23,575 bases of DNA from Bacteriovoracaceae bacterium. GTDB lineage: Bacteria; Bdellovibrionota; Bacteriovoracia; Bacteriovoracales; Bacteriovoracaceae. Location of the stretch: contig JBFGZE010000050.1 in the NCBI GenBank assembly GCA_041586955.1, forward strand, positions 1 to 23,575, read 5' to 3'. Shown piece by piece: positions 1 through 8,722 of this stretch (position 1 is its first letter; each line of letters begins with the position of its first letter). The position numbers and the translations under genes are program-made. A model generated the notes under the pieces. That model did not search any database, was not told where the DNA came from, and worked only from the letters and a program-made list of their open reading frames with translations.

Positions 1-1
1 A

Positions 2-691
2 ATTGGCGGAACATGTGTGTCCGATAGACGCCTTAAACAAGATATCATTCCTTTAAGAGATTCCTTAACTCGCCTCCTCCAGCTTAGGCCTGTGACATAT
101 ATCTGGCGCCCGGAGTTTTTTGATATATCTAAACGAAGTGGTTCAGAGATTGGTCTCATCGCTCAGGAAGTTCAAGAAATTTTTCCTGATATGGTGGTTG
201 AAAAGAAGGACGGCTATAAAAGAGTCAAATACGATATTGGTCTTCAACTCTATATGGTCCAGGCCTTTAAAGATTTTTATGAATTATTTGAAGAAACGAA
301 TGACCGCCAGGACCGGGAGATTGCTTCTCTTAAGAAGGATGTCGAGCAATTAAAACAACAAGCACAGAATAATTTGAATGGTCAGCATACCGGTCAAGGT
401 CATGTAAAGATTGGTGCCAGTATTGATTTTAACGAAGGGAATGTCAGCATCCTTGATAATGTCCAAAACTCGGCGATTTCTCTTCATAATATGAAAAATG
501 GCGTCACATATAAAGTCATCATTCGCGATACCACTTCTCGCACCTATACCTTTCCAGATTGCGCTAAGGCCCATTATAAACCCGCTAATGCAGCAACAAA
601 GGAAAAGACAGAAAGTATCTATAGTATCTTAAAAGTAGAAATAGATGAAGAAGTCCATTGCTATATCGATTGGTCCACAGGTTACCCTTAA
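2..691 (+). CDS. C-terminal part of a tail-fibre/adhesin-like protein with peptidase S74 intramolecular chaperone domain (5'-partial)
   Basis: The frame is open from position 2 (IGGTCVSDRRLK). S74 motifs SDRRLK...I, LRPVTYIW, GLIAQEV..IFP.MV and V.Y are followed by a coiled coil (QDREIASLKKDVEQLKQQ) and a ~105-aa extra domain. The ORF-track start at 17 is an internal GTG. Confidence 0.85.
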   Translation: MGGTCVSDRRLKQDIIPLRDSLTRLLQLRPVTYIWRPEFFDISKRSGSEIGLIAQEVQEIFPDMVVEKKDGYKRVKYDIGLQLYMVQAFKDFYELFEETNDRQDREIASLKKDVEQLKQQAQNNLNGQHTGQGHVKIGASIDFNEGNVSILDNVQNSAISLHNMKNGVTYKVIIRDTTSRTYTFPDCAKAHYKPANAATKEKTESIYSILKVEIDEEVHCYIDWSTGYP

Positions 692-1425
692 GAATTTACG
701 ATAATTTTAGGGTGACCTCGTAAAAAGATCATTTTTTGAACCGTATACAGAGATACCAAGGTATTAAGGGCGAAAGAATCTCGATACAAAATATACATCA
801 AATCAAAATGGAGTTTCTCTTTGGCCGAAGCATTATAAGGCAGAGCAATTTGTGCCAGACCGGTAATCCCCGGACGTACTCGATGCCGACTCTGGTAATT
901 ATTGATATCTTTTTCAAACTCTTGAATCAGTTCCGGCCTTTCAGGGCGAGGACCAATAAAAGACATTTCACCACAAAACACATTAATTAATTGCGGTAAT
1001 TCATCAAGATGAGATTTGCGTAAGAATTGACCAAAGCGCGTAATGCGAGGGTCACCTTCCCATGAAAGCACCGCTCCAGTATTTTCCTCAGCGTTTTGAA
1101 CCATGGTGCGAAATTTGATGATTTCAAAGGGTTTACCATTACGTCCGACCCGCCATTGGAAGAAAAAACAAGGACCGCGTGAAGTAAGCTTGATTCCGAG
1201 ACAAATTAAAAGAACTAAGGGAATAATGGCAATTAATAAAAAAAAAGCAATAAGGCCTTCGATAATTGGCCAAACTTCACTTTCCTTTTTTTGGTTAACA
1301 CGAGCGAAAAAGAAATAAGAACGAAAAAGGGGGCTACTCCAAACAACCGAATTATCGATTTCCCGATACCTTTGGCCTTGCCATGCAGGCGCAAATGGAT
1401 TTTTTGAGAAAAGTGAAACTTTCAT
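688..1425 (-). CDS. Priming sugar-phosphate transferase (Bac_transf; WcaJ/ExoY/CpsE-like C-terminal domain)
   Basis: One TM helix, then F.Q.RVG..GKPF.I.KFRTM, DPRIT.FG.FLRKS.LDELPQL.NV..GEMS.IGPRPERP and VRPGITGLAQ. Confidence 0.92.
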   Translation of the reverse strand: MKVSLFSKNPFAPAWQGQRYREIDNSVVWSSPLFRSYFFFARVNQKKESEVWPIIEGLIAFFLLIAIIPLVLLICLGIKLTSRGPCFFFQWRVGRNGKPFEIIKFRTMVQNAEENTGAVLSWEGDPRITRFGQFLRKSHLDELPQLINVFCGEMSFIGPRPERPELIQEFEKDINNYQSRHRVRPGITGLAQIALPYNASAKEKLHFDLMYILYRDSFALNTLVSLYTVQKMIFLRGHPKIIVNS

Positions 1426-1509
1426 GTACGCCCGCCTGAAGTCATGATGTTAGGGTATAAAAATTTATCGTTATTCACAAAAAATTACAATAATAATTCG
1501 GAAAAGTGG

Positions 1510-4500
1510 TCAATTTTTAATAGTTAGCAAAGTCGCAAGTTTTCTGCGTAACTCTGTGAAAAATTGTAAAGACACTGCTGTCGGCCGATTGAGTAGAAGA
1601 TTTTCTTGCCAGGACCTAAGAAAAGGCCATGTCAAAAGCATCTGTAACACTTTTTGTCGCCCCAGTTTTTTCTCGGCCAAAAGTAACCAGCGAAAGTCTG
1701 CTAAACCCATGGCAGTCTGCACCAAGCGGATAGAGGTATAAACACCATCGACGTGGGGATAAAGAATCATATTATCTGATTCTCTACCATCTAGATCATA
1801 ATAAGGGAGATGGAAAATAGCGCTCGAATGCCATTCAAGATAATGACGTGCGCCCTCAATATAAGCGAAATAGGCCCCGACCCCCATGGTTAAGCGGGGG
1901 TCCTCCCAATTGCGCGGGCTCCAATTATAAATGCCAAATTCTTTTTTCCCTTGTACCAATTGGCGCAAAAATTCTTGCGGGGCAAGGGTCAGGCTAGGGT
2001 TATCGACGAGGCCAAAGAACTGGCGCCAATCCACTTGATCATGAAATGAGGTAAAGGCGCCTAAACTCATCCCCGGCCAATTGCCCTTAAGCCATTTTGC
2101 ACGCTCTGTCATTTCTTTGAGATGATCCCGATAGCCTGCGGGCTCATCTGCAAATTGATGAACAAATGTTAAACCTTGTGCTTTAATTTTGGCGAGGCCT
2201 TTCTCCACCCATTTTTTGCGTTGACCTAAGGCGTGATCGCGAAACGGTCCATCATTATCCAAAAGAGTAAAGGGAAATTCACCCAAATAACTAAACAAGG
2301 TGCGATATTCAGAATGAGACTTTACTTCCTGTAAGAACTGATCAAAAGGTTGCCAATCAATTACTTTTTTTTGGGTATCCCAAATTGGGCCAGGGATACC
2401 ACTAAAGGTATTGAGGCCATATTTCGCCAGCTCCTTCATACTATGACGGCGGTAAAAACGCCGCTTCTCTTCCATTTTAGGGATCTTAATAAAAGGTAAC
2501 TCAACTGAATTCAATCCCAAATAGCCAATACTCATTGGCAATTTTGGTAAAGGATCAGAACTGATTTTAATCATGGTTGTATATTCAAAAGTTCGTCCAT
2601 CGATACTCCCAGAAAAGGTGAATTTTCCCCTTTGACCGGCCAACGACTCCGGTATCTCCAAAGTTGGCCAAAATAATTGAACTTGATTCACCGGCAAATA
2701 AAAGGGAGATTCAACTGGTCGCAAAAATGTCTGCTGATCGCGATAGGTTTGATGATTCAAATCACGAGAGACCCACTGGGCCTGGGACAAAAACGTTGAA
2801 ACTTTAAGGCCTTTCAATTGATGAGCGATCTTAAATAAGACCTTAGATTTTTGCGGTGCCATCATCTGAAAAGGTAGAGAAAGAATCTCTCCAGGGAAGG
2901 CCATTATCTCTGCCGGGAATTCAACTTTCTCCTCACGCCATAATGACGGGTGATGGGTGCCATTGGATGAGGTCGGTGTAATTTGCGCTTTAGAAGTGGT
3001 TTTGATGGGATCGCTAAAGCGTCTCATTTTTTTATCAAATTCCGCTTTTAAAAGCCCTTTTAAATCCTTTAAATAAACTTGAGCGGCAGCATTCAACTTA
3101 TTAGGCCAAAGTACCAGAGCATTTATGGGCATGCCATCAGGCCGACCTTCCAGTTCAAAAATCAGATGGCCATTGGTCACCTTAACAGCAAAAGGCACTT
3201 GGCGATGAAAAGGCCACCAAACACGGTCGAAGGGATGAGAGGTCAAATCAAAGCCTTTAGGGGAAAATCGTAAAAAATCATCCAAGAAGTCCTTTGGTCG
3301 AGCGCGGAGAAGACCTTCTAAGGGTTTCCCCTGCAGAGAAATGAGACGCTTAGTATAAAAACTAGGGTCCCAGCGGTTCATCCCCTCAGCAAAGATGACT
3401 CCACGGTAATCACCATCTGGCAAATCAACCCGGAACTGCCCCTTTTTGACGCGGTGAAAATCACGTAATAGACCGTCCCCATACTCACCATCAACGACAC
3501 GGAAAAACTCCGGGGCCAAATATCCATAGCCGCGTTCCGGCCGATAAAGATGGCGGGAGAGAACCCCATAAGAACACGGATATGTTAAATGGGCATTCGT
3601 CGCAAAATCATAAAGCCGTAGCCCCTCAGGCCTTAGACCTTGTCCTGGCGATTCTAATGCCAGGGAATGGAGCACGAATTGATCCTCTTTATGACCGTCT
3701 TTTTCCGGCTCTACTCCTAACCAAAAAAAACGAATATCTTTATAGTTAAGGCGGCGAAAATGGCGCACCGATCCCCGCTCACCAACAAAGCGGTGAAGAT
3801 CCAGGGAAATAGTATTAAGGCCTGGGTGCAAGATGGTACTTAAGTTAAGCTGTTGCCAATAGTTTTTCGATTGCCCATCTCCTAAAACAAAATAAATGGT
3901 AGGCAAGCTTTTTGGTTTTTTAGGTTTATAATCAATTGTCAGTGTCAAATAACGGTAATTAATAAAAGGAATTTTCCCCAGAAGTGACTTATTAAAATGC
4001 TCATAGGAATGAGGCTCAATGGCAAACCCACCATTTGGAAGTTTGGTAAAATCTCCCGGAAACTGAGAAAGCAGCTTATCACCAGACCATTTTCTTGACC
4101 CAACCTCCGCTTGCTCGCAATTAATGAGAGGTCTAACCACCATAGTATCACCCTTCTTTTGCAGCCAAGTGACTTTTTGTGGGCCTCGTGCTCGATTAAT
4201 CTGAACCTTTTTCAGCCATACATCACCCATGGAGCGCAAACGCCACCACATATTTAATTGCTTGGAAACGTGAACAGTATAAGTTAAAAAACCTTGGGAA
4301 AAACTTCCTTCAAAATCCCTTTTGATATACTTGATCCCCTCACCCGCATCGATAAAATGATCAAAGCTTTGTCGATATTCATTGAGTTGCAAATCTTGAC
4401 CACTCAACTCAACTGTAACGGAGTACAAACCTTCTTCTAATGGAAATTCACGATAAAGGACTTCTTCTTGGCCAAACTCAACTTGAAAATGAGCTCCATT

Positions 4501-4641
4501 TTTTTCTTTACTTAATTTCCCATCTCCCCAATAATTCCAATTGTCCTGTTGCTTGCTCAAATCCCAAGTGATTCCCCATGCCGAATGACATAGAAAAATA
4601 GTTAGAATAAGTAGAAAGAACCGAGAGAGTAGAGTGCTCAT
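1510..4641 (-). CDS. Large secreted carbohydrate-active protein: beta-sandwich/CBM-like modules plus a C-terminal glycoside-hydrolase-like (GH123/DUF4091-like) region
   Basis: 1043-aa ORF with a signal peptide (FFLLILTIFLCHSAWG). RLYDF...Y.PERGYGY...FRVDLPDGDY resembles galactose-binding-like modules. FADEP acidic pair and the C-terminal LYP...SIRL....GL.D pattern are typical of DUF4091-type proteins. Family assigned by motif recall only. Confidence 0.55.
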   Translation of the reverse strand: MSTLLSRFFLLILTIFLCHSAWGITWDLSKQQDNWNYWGDGKLSKEKNGAHFQVEFGQEEVLYREFPLEEGLYSVTVELSGQDLQLNEYRQSFDHFIDAGEGIKYIKRDFEGSFSQGFLTYTVHVSKQLNMWWRLRSMGDVWLKKVQINRARGPQKVTWLQKKGDTMVVRPLINCEQAEVGSRKWSGDKLLSQFPGDFTKLPNGGFAIEPHSYEHFNKSLLGKIPFINYRYLTLTIDYKPKKPKSLPTIYFVLGDGQSKNYWQQLNLSTILHPGLNTISLDLHRFVGERGSVRHFRRLNYKDIRFFWLGVEPEKDGHKEDQFVLHSLALESPGQGLRPEGLRLYDFATNAHLTYPCSYGVLSRHLYRPERGYGYLAPEFFRVVDGEYGDGLLRDFHRVKKGQFRVDLPDGDYRGVIFAEGMNRWDPSFYTKRLISLQGKPLEGLLRARPKDFLDDFLRFSPKGFDLTSHPFDRVWWPFHRQVPFAVKVTNGHLIFELEGRPDGMPINALVLWPNKLNAAAQVYLKDLKGLLKAEFDKKMRRFSDPIKTTSKAQITPTSSNGTHHPSLWREEKVEFPAEIMAFPGEILSLPFQMMAPQKSKVLFKIAHQLKGLKVSTFLSQAQWVSRDLNHQTYRDQQTFLRPVESPFYLPVNQVQLFWPTLEIPESLAGQRGKFTFSGSIDGRTFEYTTMIKISSDPLPKLPMSIGYLGLNSVELPFIKIPKMEEKRRFYRRHSMKELAKYGLNTFSGIPGPIWDTQKKVIDWQPFDQFLQEVKSHSEYRTLFSYLGEFPFTLLDNDGPFRDHALGQRKKWVEKGLAKIKAQGLTFVHQFADEPAGYRDHLKEMTERAKWLKGNWPGMSLGAFTSFHDQVDWRQFFGLVDNPSLTLAPQEFLRQLVQGKKEFGIYNWSPRNWEDPRLTMGVGAYFAYIEGARHYLEWHSSAIFHLPYYDLDGRESDNMILYPHVDGVYTSIRLVQTAMGLADFRWLLLAEKKLGRQKVLQMLLTWPFLRSWQENLLLNRPTAVSLQFFTELRRKLATLLTIKN

Positions 4642-4693
4642 AATTTGTTCTTCAGTTAAAGATGGATAATAAATCTACTATAGCGACTTATTT

Positions 4694-5698
4694 ATGACAA
4701 TAAAACGCCGAATAAAGATTATATTTCTGCATTTGGCCAAGGCCTTTGGGCTTTTGGCCTGCTGCCGACTTCTTAATCGCAAAAAGTGGCGCATTCTTTG
4801 TTACCATGGATTTAGTTATGAAGACGAGCATTTATTTAGACCTGGCCTTTTTATGCGCCAATCGGTCTTTAAAAAGCGAATTCAATGGCTCAAAAAAAAG
4901 GGCTTCCATTTTTACACAATTTCAAAGGCCTTTGAATTATGGAAAACAAACACGTTACCTCCTCATTCCCTCACCCTGACTTTTGATGATGGATTTTACT
5001 CGACGAAGGAGTTGGCCCAAGCGTATTTAAAACAAGAGAATATCCCTTCAACCCTTTATCTAACAAGTTATTATGCCAAAAAAGGTAGTCCTATTTTCCG
5101 CCTGATGGTCCAATATCTTTTTTGGAAAAATAAAAAATACCCTGTCCATCTTAACAGTCCTCAGGACCATAGTTTTCTGGTCATTAAAGGTCCAGGCCCC
5201 TATGAAGAAAAAATAATATGGGACATTATCCATTACGGCGAACAAAAATTAGACAATGATGGCCGCCAACATTTATTAACGAACCTCAATGACCACCTCC
5301 ACATCAAGCCACCTTTTGCTTGTGGCCATAAATTCTTAACTTTAATGGGCATAAAGGATCTTCAAACGCTGTCCCAAAGGGGAATGGAAATCCAATTACA
5401 TACCCATCGTCATAAACTTCCTGCGGAAGAAAAACTTTTGCATAAGGAATTGCAAGAGAATAAAGATTTTTTAAAATTTCTTAATACCGACTTAGTTCAT
5501 TTAAGCTACCCTAGTGGCATCTATGAAAAAAATCATTTTAAACTTTTAGAAAAAGAGGGGATCAAATCCGCAACAACGTTGGACAAAGGCCTTAATGATA
5601 GAAAAACATCCCCTTTCGGCCTGAAACGATTGGCTGACCACGATACCCTCCGCCAAATTGAGTTTGAGGCCTTGGTTTCTGGATTTGTATTATTTTAA
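4694..5698 (+). CDS. Polysaccharide deacetylase (CE4/NodB homology)
   Basis: ILCYHG, LTLTFDDGF (motif 1), QLHTHRH (metal-binding H-x-x-x-H) and LSYPSG (motif 3). Confidence 0.88.
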   Translation: MTIKRRIKIIFLHLAKAFGLLACCRLLNRKKWRILCYHGFSYEDEHLFRPGLFMRQSVFKKRIQWLKKKGFHFYTISKAFELWKTNTLPPHSLTLTFDDGFYSTKELAQAYLKQENIPSTLYLTSYYAKKGSPIFRLMVQYLFWKNKKYPVHLNSPQDHSFLVIKGPGPYEEKIIWDIIHYGEQKLDNDGRQHLLTNLNDHLHIKPPFACGHKFLTLMGIKDLQTLSQRGMEIQLHTHRHKLPAEEKLLHKELQENKDFLKFLNTDLVHLSYPSGIYEKNHFKLLEKEGIKSATTLDKGLNDRKTSPFGLKRLADHDTLRQIEFEALVSGFVLF

Positions 5699-5763
5699 TT
5701 GTTTATTAAAGACTTAAAAATCATATCTTTTAAAAAAAATCTAAAACATCAATTCAAGGCCAT

Positions 5764-6420
5764 TTATTGGACAGATACGATGGTAAAGATATGGGAATCT
5801 GTTTTGCGATAGTGCCCGCAAACTTCCTTTAGATCAATCATTTCAAAGCCAAACAGCTTAAATCTAAAAAAGCTATTCAGAGTATCTAGCTCTAAAATCT
5901 CGGCCCTTTGGAATCCAAAATATTCTAGAGTGAAGGGATAGATCGCCTTAAAGATGGCCTCTTTCGCCGAAAAGATTAATGTATAAAACTCCTGATCGGA
6001 TAATTCGGAGCGATTGATTTCCTGGGGTCTCGCGATCTTTTTGATAAGGCCAGGTTTAAGGCGAGAGAGCTCAATTAAAGGCTCGACATCGACGCCTATC
6101 CCTTTACATTGACCAGTCTTTGCAAGCGCCACCATCACCCACTCCCGACAGTGAGAGATTGATCCTAAGACATTATCTGGCCAGGTAATTTGTCGATCTG
6201 GTTTATTTTTAAGATCCCCAACAAAGGGTTGATCTAAAAAGGTTTCTAAGGAATTCCGTAATAGGGATCGAGCACAGAGAAATTCTTCTTTCCGCTTGGC
6301 GGCCCAATGATTACTTTGCTTAGGCAAATCTTTTTGCGCCTCAGGAGCGATTTCGATGCTACCTCGCCGCTCAATAGCGAAAAAATAATTTGGGTAATAC
6401 TCATTCGGCCATGGTTTCAT
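5764..6420 (-). CDS. 4'-phosphopantetheinyl transferase (EntD/Sfp-like)
   Basis: KR..EF..AR, WP..V.GSISH, IGVDVE and FSAKEAIFKA motifs. Confidence 0.9.
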   Translation of the reverse strand: MKPWPNEYYPNYFFAIERRGSIEIAPEAQKDLPKQSNHWAAKRKEEFLCARSLLRNSLETFLDQPFVGDLKNKPDRQITWPDNVLGSISHCREWVMVALAKTGQCKGIGVDVEPLIELSRLKPGLIKKIARPQEINRSELSDQEFYTLIFSAKEAIFKAIYPFTLEYFGFQRAEILELDTLNSFFRFKLFGFEMIDLKEVCGHYRKTDSHIFTIVSVQ

Positions 6421-6426
6421 GTTTAT

Positions 6427-7431
6427 CTAGAGCGCTATAATCAACAAAGCGACAGTCGAGATCAAAGAAGCGATTGATACTAAGCGGTCAAGCCAGCGAT
6501 CCCCCTTGGTGCGAATATCGGTATTAAGCATGATCACATCGCCGGGAAAAACAACAGGAATGGAGTCCGTATCCATGAGATTAAATTGGATTTTATCAAC
6601 CTTTTTATTCATTTTTCGATAAATATAACACTCACTATAACCCAAGGATGTAACCGTTCCCCCGGCCTGATTCAGGTAGTAGAAAAGATCAGCGGAGTTT
6701 TTAAAAAGAATTTGACCTGGTTTATTCACGCCACCCATCACACTGACAAAAGGGATTTTCTTACCTTCATCACTCATGGGATCCACACTGCTTACTGTCA
6801 GCAGATCCCCCCCTATCCAAGTAGGATTTTGATTGGCAGAATTATCATAATATTGATTGAGAATAACTAAGCTTGATATTCCCCCTTGATTGAGAGAGGC
6901 ACTAAAATAATCTTTATTAATATCACCATTAATCCCCCCCGCCATTTCAAGGACGCGATCGAGAGTTTCATTGCGCTTTACCAAATAACGCCCCGTTTTC
7001 TTGACCAGGCCTCTGACTTCAATCCAATAACGCTTTTGATAAACCTTAAAAGTCACCGAATCAACACCCGAACGGAAAAAACGCCCATAGGCCTGACGAA
7101 CCTCATTTGCTAATTCTGGTAATTTTTTACCACGAGTTTCCAGGACAACATTATAGGGTAAACGCAATTTACCTTTAAAATCACTGCGAAAAGTACCATT
7201 TAGTTTTTTGTCTGTGGAATGAAATAAGGTATAGCTAAAACCAGGTGCTAAGTCGTCTTTTCCTCGCGTAAAATTTGGCCATTTGATCTCCTGCCCACTT
7301 GCCTTAGCATAAATTTGAGGATCACCACTTTTAGCATAATCGTTATATTTGGGATAATTACCGGTGCTATGGCCACAACTTGAGACAATTATTGGGATAA
7401 AAATAATACTCATCCACAAAGGAATCTTCAT
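6427..7431 (-). CDS. Polysaccharide export lipoprotein (Wza/Poly_export plus SLBB domains)
   Basis: Lipoprotein-like signal MKIPLWMSIIFIPIIVSS-C; G.L.LPY...G Poly_export pattern; two SLBB repeats (V.GLVKKTGRY...L..AGG; V.GGVNKPG...L..AGG...PGDVI). Start trimmed to ATG 7431; GTG 7443 with a GGAGG SD is an alternative. Confidence 0.8.
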   Translation of the reverse strand: MKIPLWMSIIFIPIIVSSCGHSTGNYPKYNDYAKSGDPQIYAKASGQEIKWPNFTRGKDDLAPGFSYTLFHSTDKKLNGTFRSDFKGKLRLPYNVVLETRGKKLPELANEVRQAYGRFFRSGVDSVTFKVYQKRYWIEVRGLVKKTGRYLVKRNETLDRVLEMAGGINGDINKDYFSASLNQGGISSLVILNQYYDNSANQNPTWIGGDLLTVSSVDPMSDEGKKIPFVSVMGGVNKPGQILFKNSADLFYYLNQAGGTVTSLGYSECYIYRKMNKKVDKIQFNLMDTDSIPVVFPGDVIMLNTDIRTKGDRWLDRLVSIASLISTVALLIIAL

Positions 7432-7585
7432 CAATGATGCCACTGGAGGCCTCCATTTTCTCAAAATCGTATTCAAATAAATTCTTTTAGCATAAAATGG
7501 CCAAAAAAGGGGCCCAATATGTTTTTTTACATACCGCGTCCTTTTTTTTCTTTTCTTTGCTAATATACCGCCTGAGGTAAATAAC

Positions 7586-8722
7586 ATGAAAATAGCCCAC
7601 GTGACCCAATTTTTAGGTGTCGGCGGCCTAGAAAAAGTCATTTTTCTACTCGCAAAGGAGCAAATGGCGCAAGGCCATGAAGTGGAGCTTTATGTCTATG
7701 ACTATGACCGCTCCTGGGTCGATTATTTTCGCAAAAATGGTATCACTGTTATTACCCCACCCCTCAAGCGCCCTGGTTATGATATTGAGTTATTGGCCCA
7801 GCTCAATCAATACATCAAAAAGTTTGATATTGTTCATACTCATGATCTCAACCCCTTGATGTATCTCGGCCCTTTACGCTTGAAATCACGTTTATTCCGC
7901 TTTAGCGCCAAACCCAAATTAGTTCACTCCACACATGGCCTAGGCCATGTGGAAGTATCAAAAAAAGCACGACTCTATGAAAAGGCCATGGCACCAATGG
8001 CCGATGCCATTATCGGCGTCGCGGAACATGTCTGCGATTTTTATAACGATCAAACGATCATTCCAAAAAAACGAATTTTTCAAATCGATAATGGTATCTT
8101 CATACCCGAAACAAATCTTTGGAAAAATAAGGCCAATCGAGATCGTCAAAAAAAATGGATTTGCCAGCGCCATCAATTAGATTCAGAGCTCCCCTTATTC
8201 GTATGTATCGCCCGTGTCGTGCCTCTCAAAAATCAATTATTTCTCATGAAAAATCTCAAAAGGTATTTCCCCCAATGCCAATTATTGGTAATTGGGCCTT
8301 GCGGTGACGAGGACTATTTCCAAGCATTAAAGCAAGAACAAACAAACCACATCCAAGTCATCGGAGCTCGCCAAGATATTAACCGTTACCTAGAAGCAAG
8401 CGATCTCTTTTTATCAGCATCGACTCATGAAGGAATCCCTATGGCGGTTTTAGAGGCAATGGCCCACGGTCTCCCCTCCCTCGTCAGTGATATTGAAGGC
8501 CATCATATTATCAATACACAGGCGAAGGACTTTGTCGTCCACTTATTCCCTCTTGGTGATGACAAGGCCTTTTGCCACCAATTACAATTCCTACTTGATA
8601 ACCCCCTCGCCGCAAAGGACCTATCCACAAAAAGTTATTTTGCCGTACAAAGTCACTTCTCTGCGACTAAGATGGCGGCAATGTACCAAAATATCTATGA
8701 AAATAACGAGATAATCCATTGA
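7586..8722 (+). CDS. Glycosyltransferase family 4 (GT-B)
   Basis: GG.E N-terminal motif, DIVHTH, I.NG, AR....KN and S..EG.P..VLEAMA.GLP...SD. SD GAGGT upstream. Confidence 0.92.
   Translation: MKIAHVTQFLGVGGLEKVIFLLAKEQMAQGHEVELYVYDYDRSWVDYFRKNGITVITPPLKRPGYDIELLAQLNQYIKKFDIVHTHDLNPLMYLGPLRLKSRLFRFSAKPKLVHSTHGLGHVEVSKKARLYEKAMAPMADAIIGVAEHVCDFYNDQTIIPKKRIFQIDNGIFIPETNLWKNKANRDRQKKWICQRHQLDSELPLFVCIARVVPLKNQLFLMKNLKRYFPQCQLLVIGPCGDEDYFQALKQEQTNHIQVIGARQDINRYLEASDLFLSASTHEGIPMAVLEAMAHGLPSLVSDIEGHHIINTQAKDFVVHLFPLGDDKAFCHQLQFLLDNPLAAKDLSTKSYFAVQSHFSATKMAAMYQNIYENNEIIH

Noticed and set aside
2..691. Prophage interpretation of the S74 tail-fibre domain
   Set aside because: No other phage genes in the window, and such fibres are chromosomal in Bdellovibrionota. 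The upstream context cannot be seen.
1471..1479. DnaA-box-like TTATTCACA
   Set aside because: Single copy, with no cluster or origin-associated genes.
7444..7641. ORF-track N-terminal extension of the Wza-like protein
   Set aside because: It overlaps the divergent GT4 start and promoter region, and the lipoprotein signal begins at 7431-7443.
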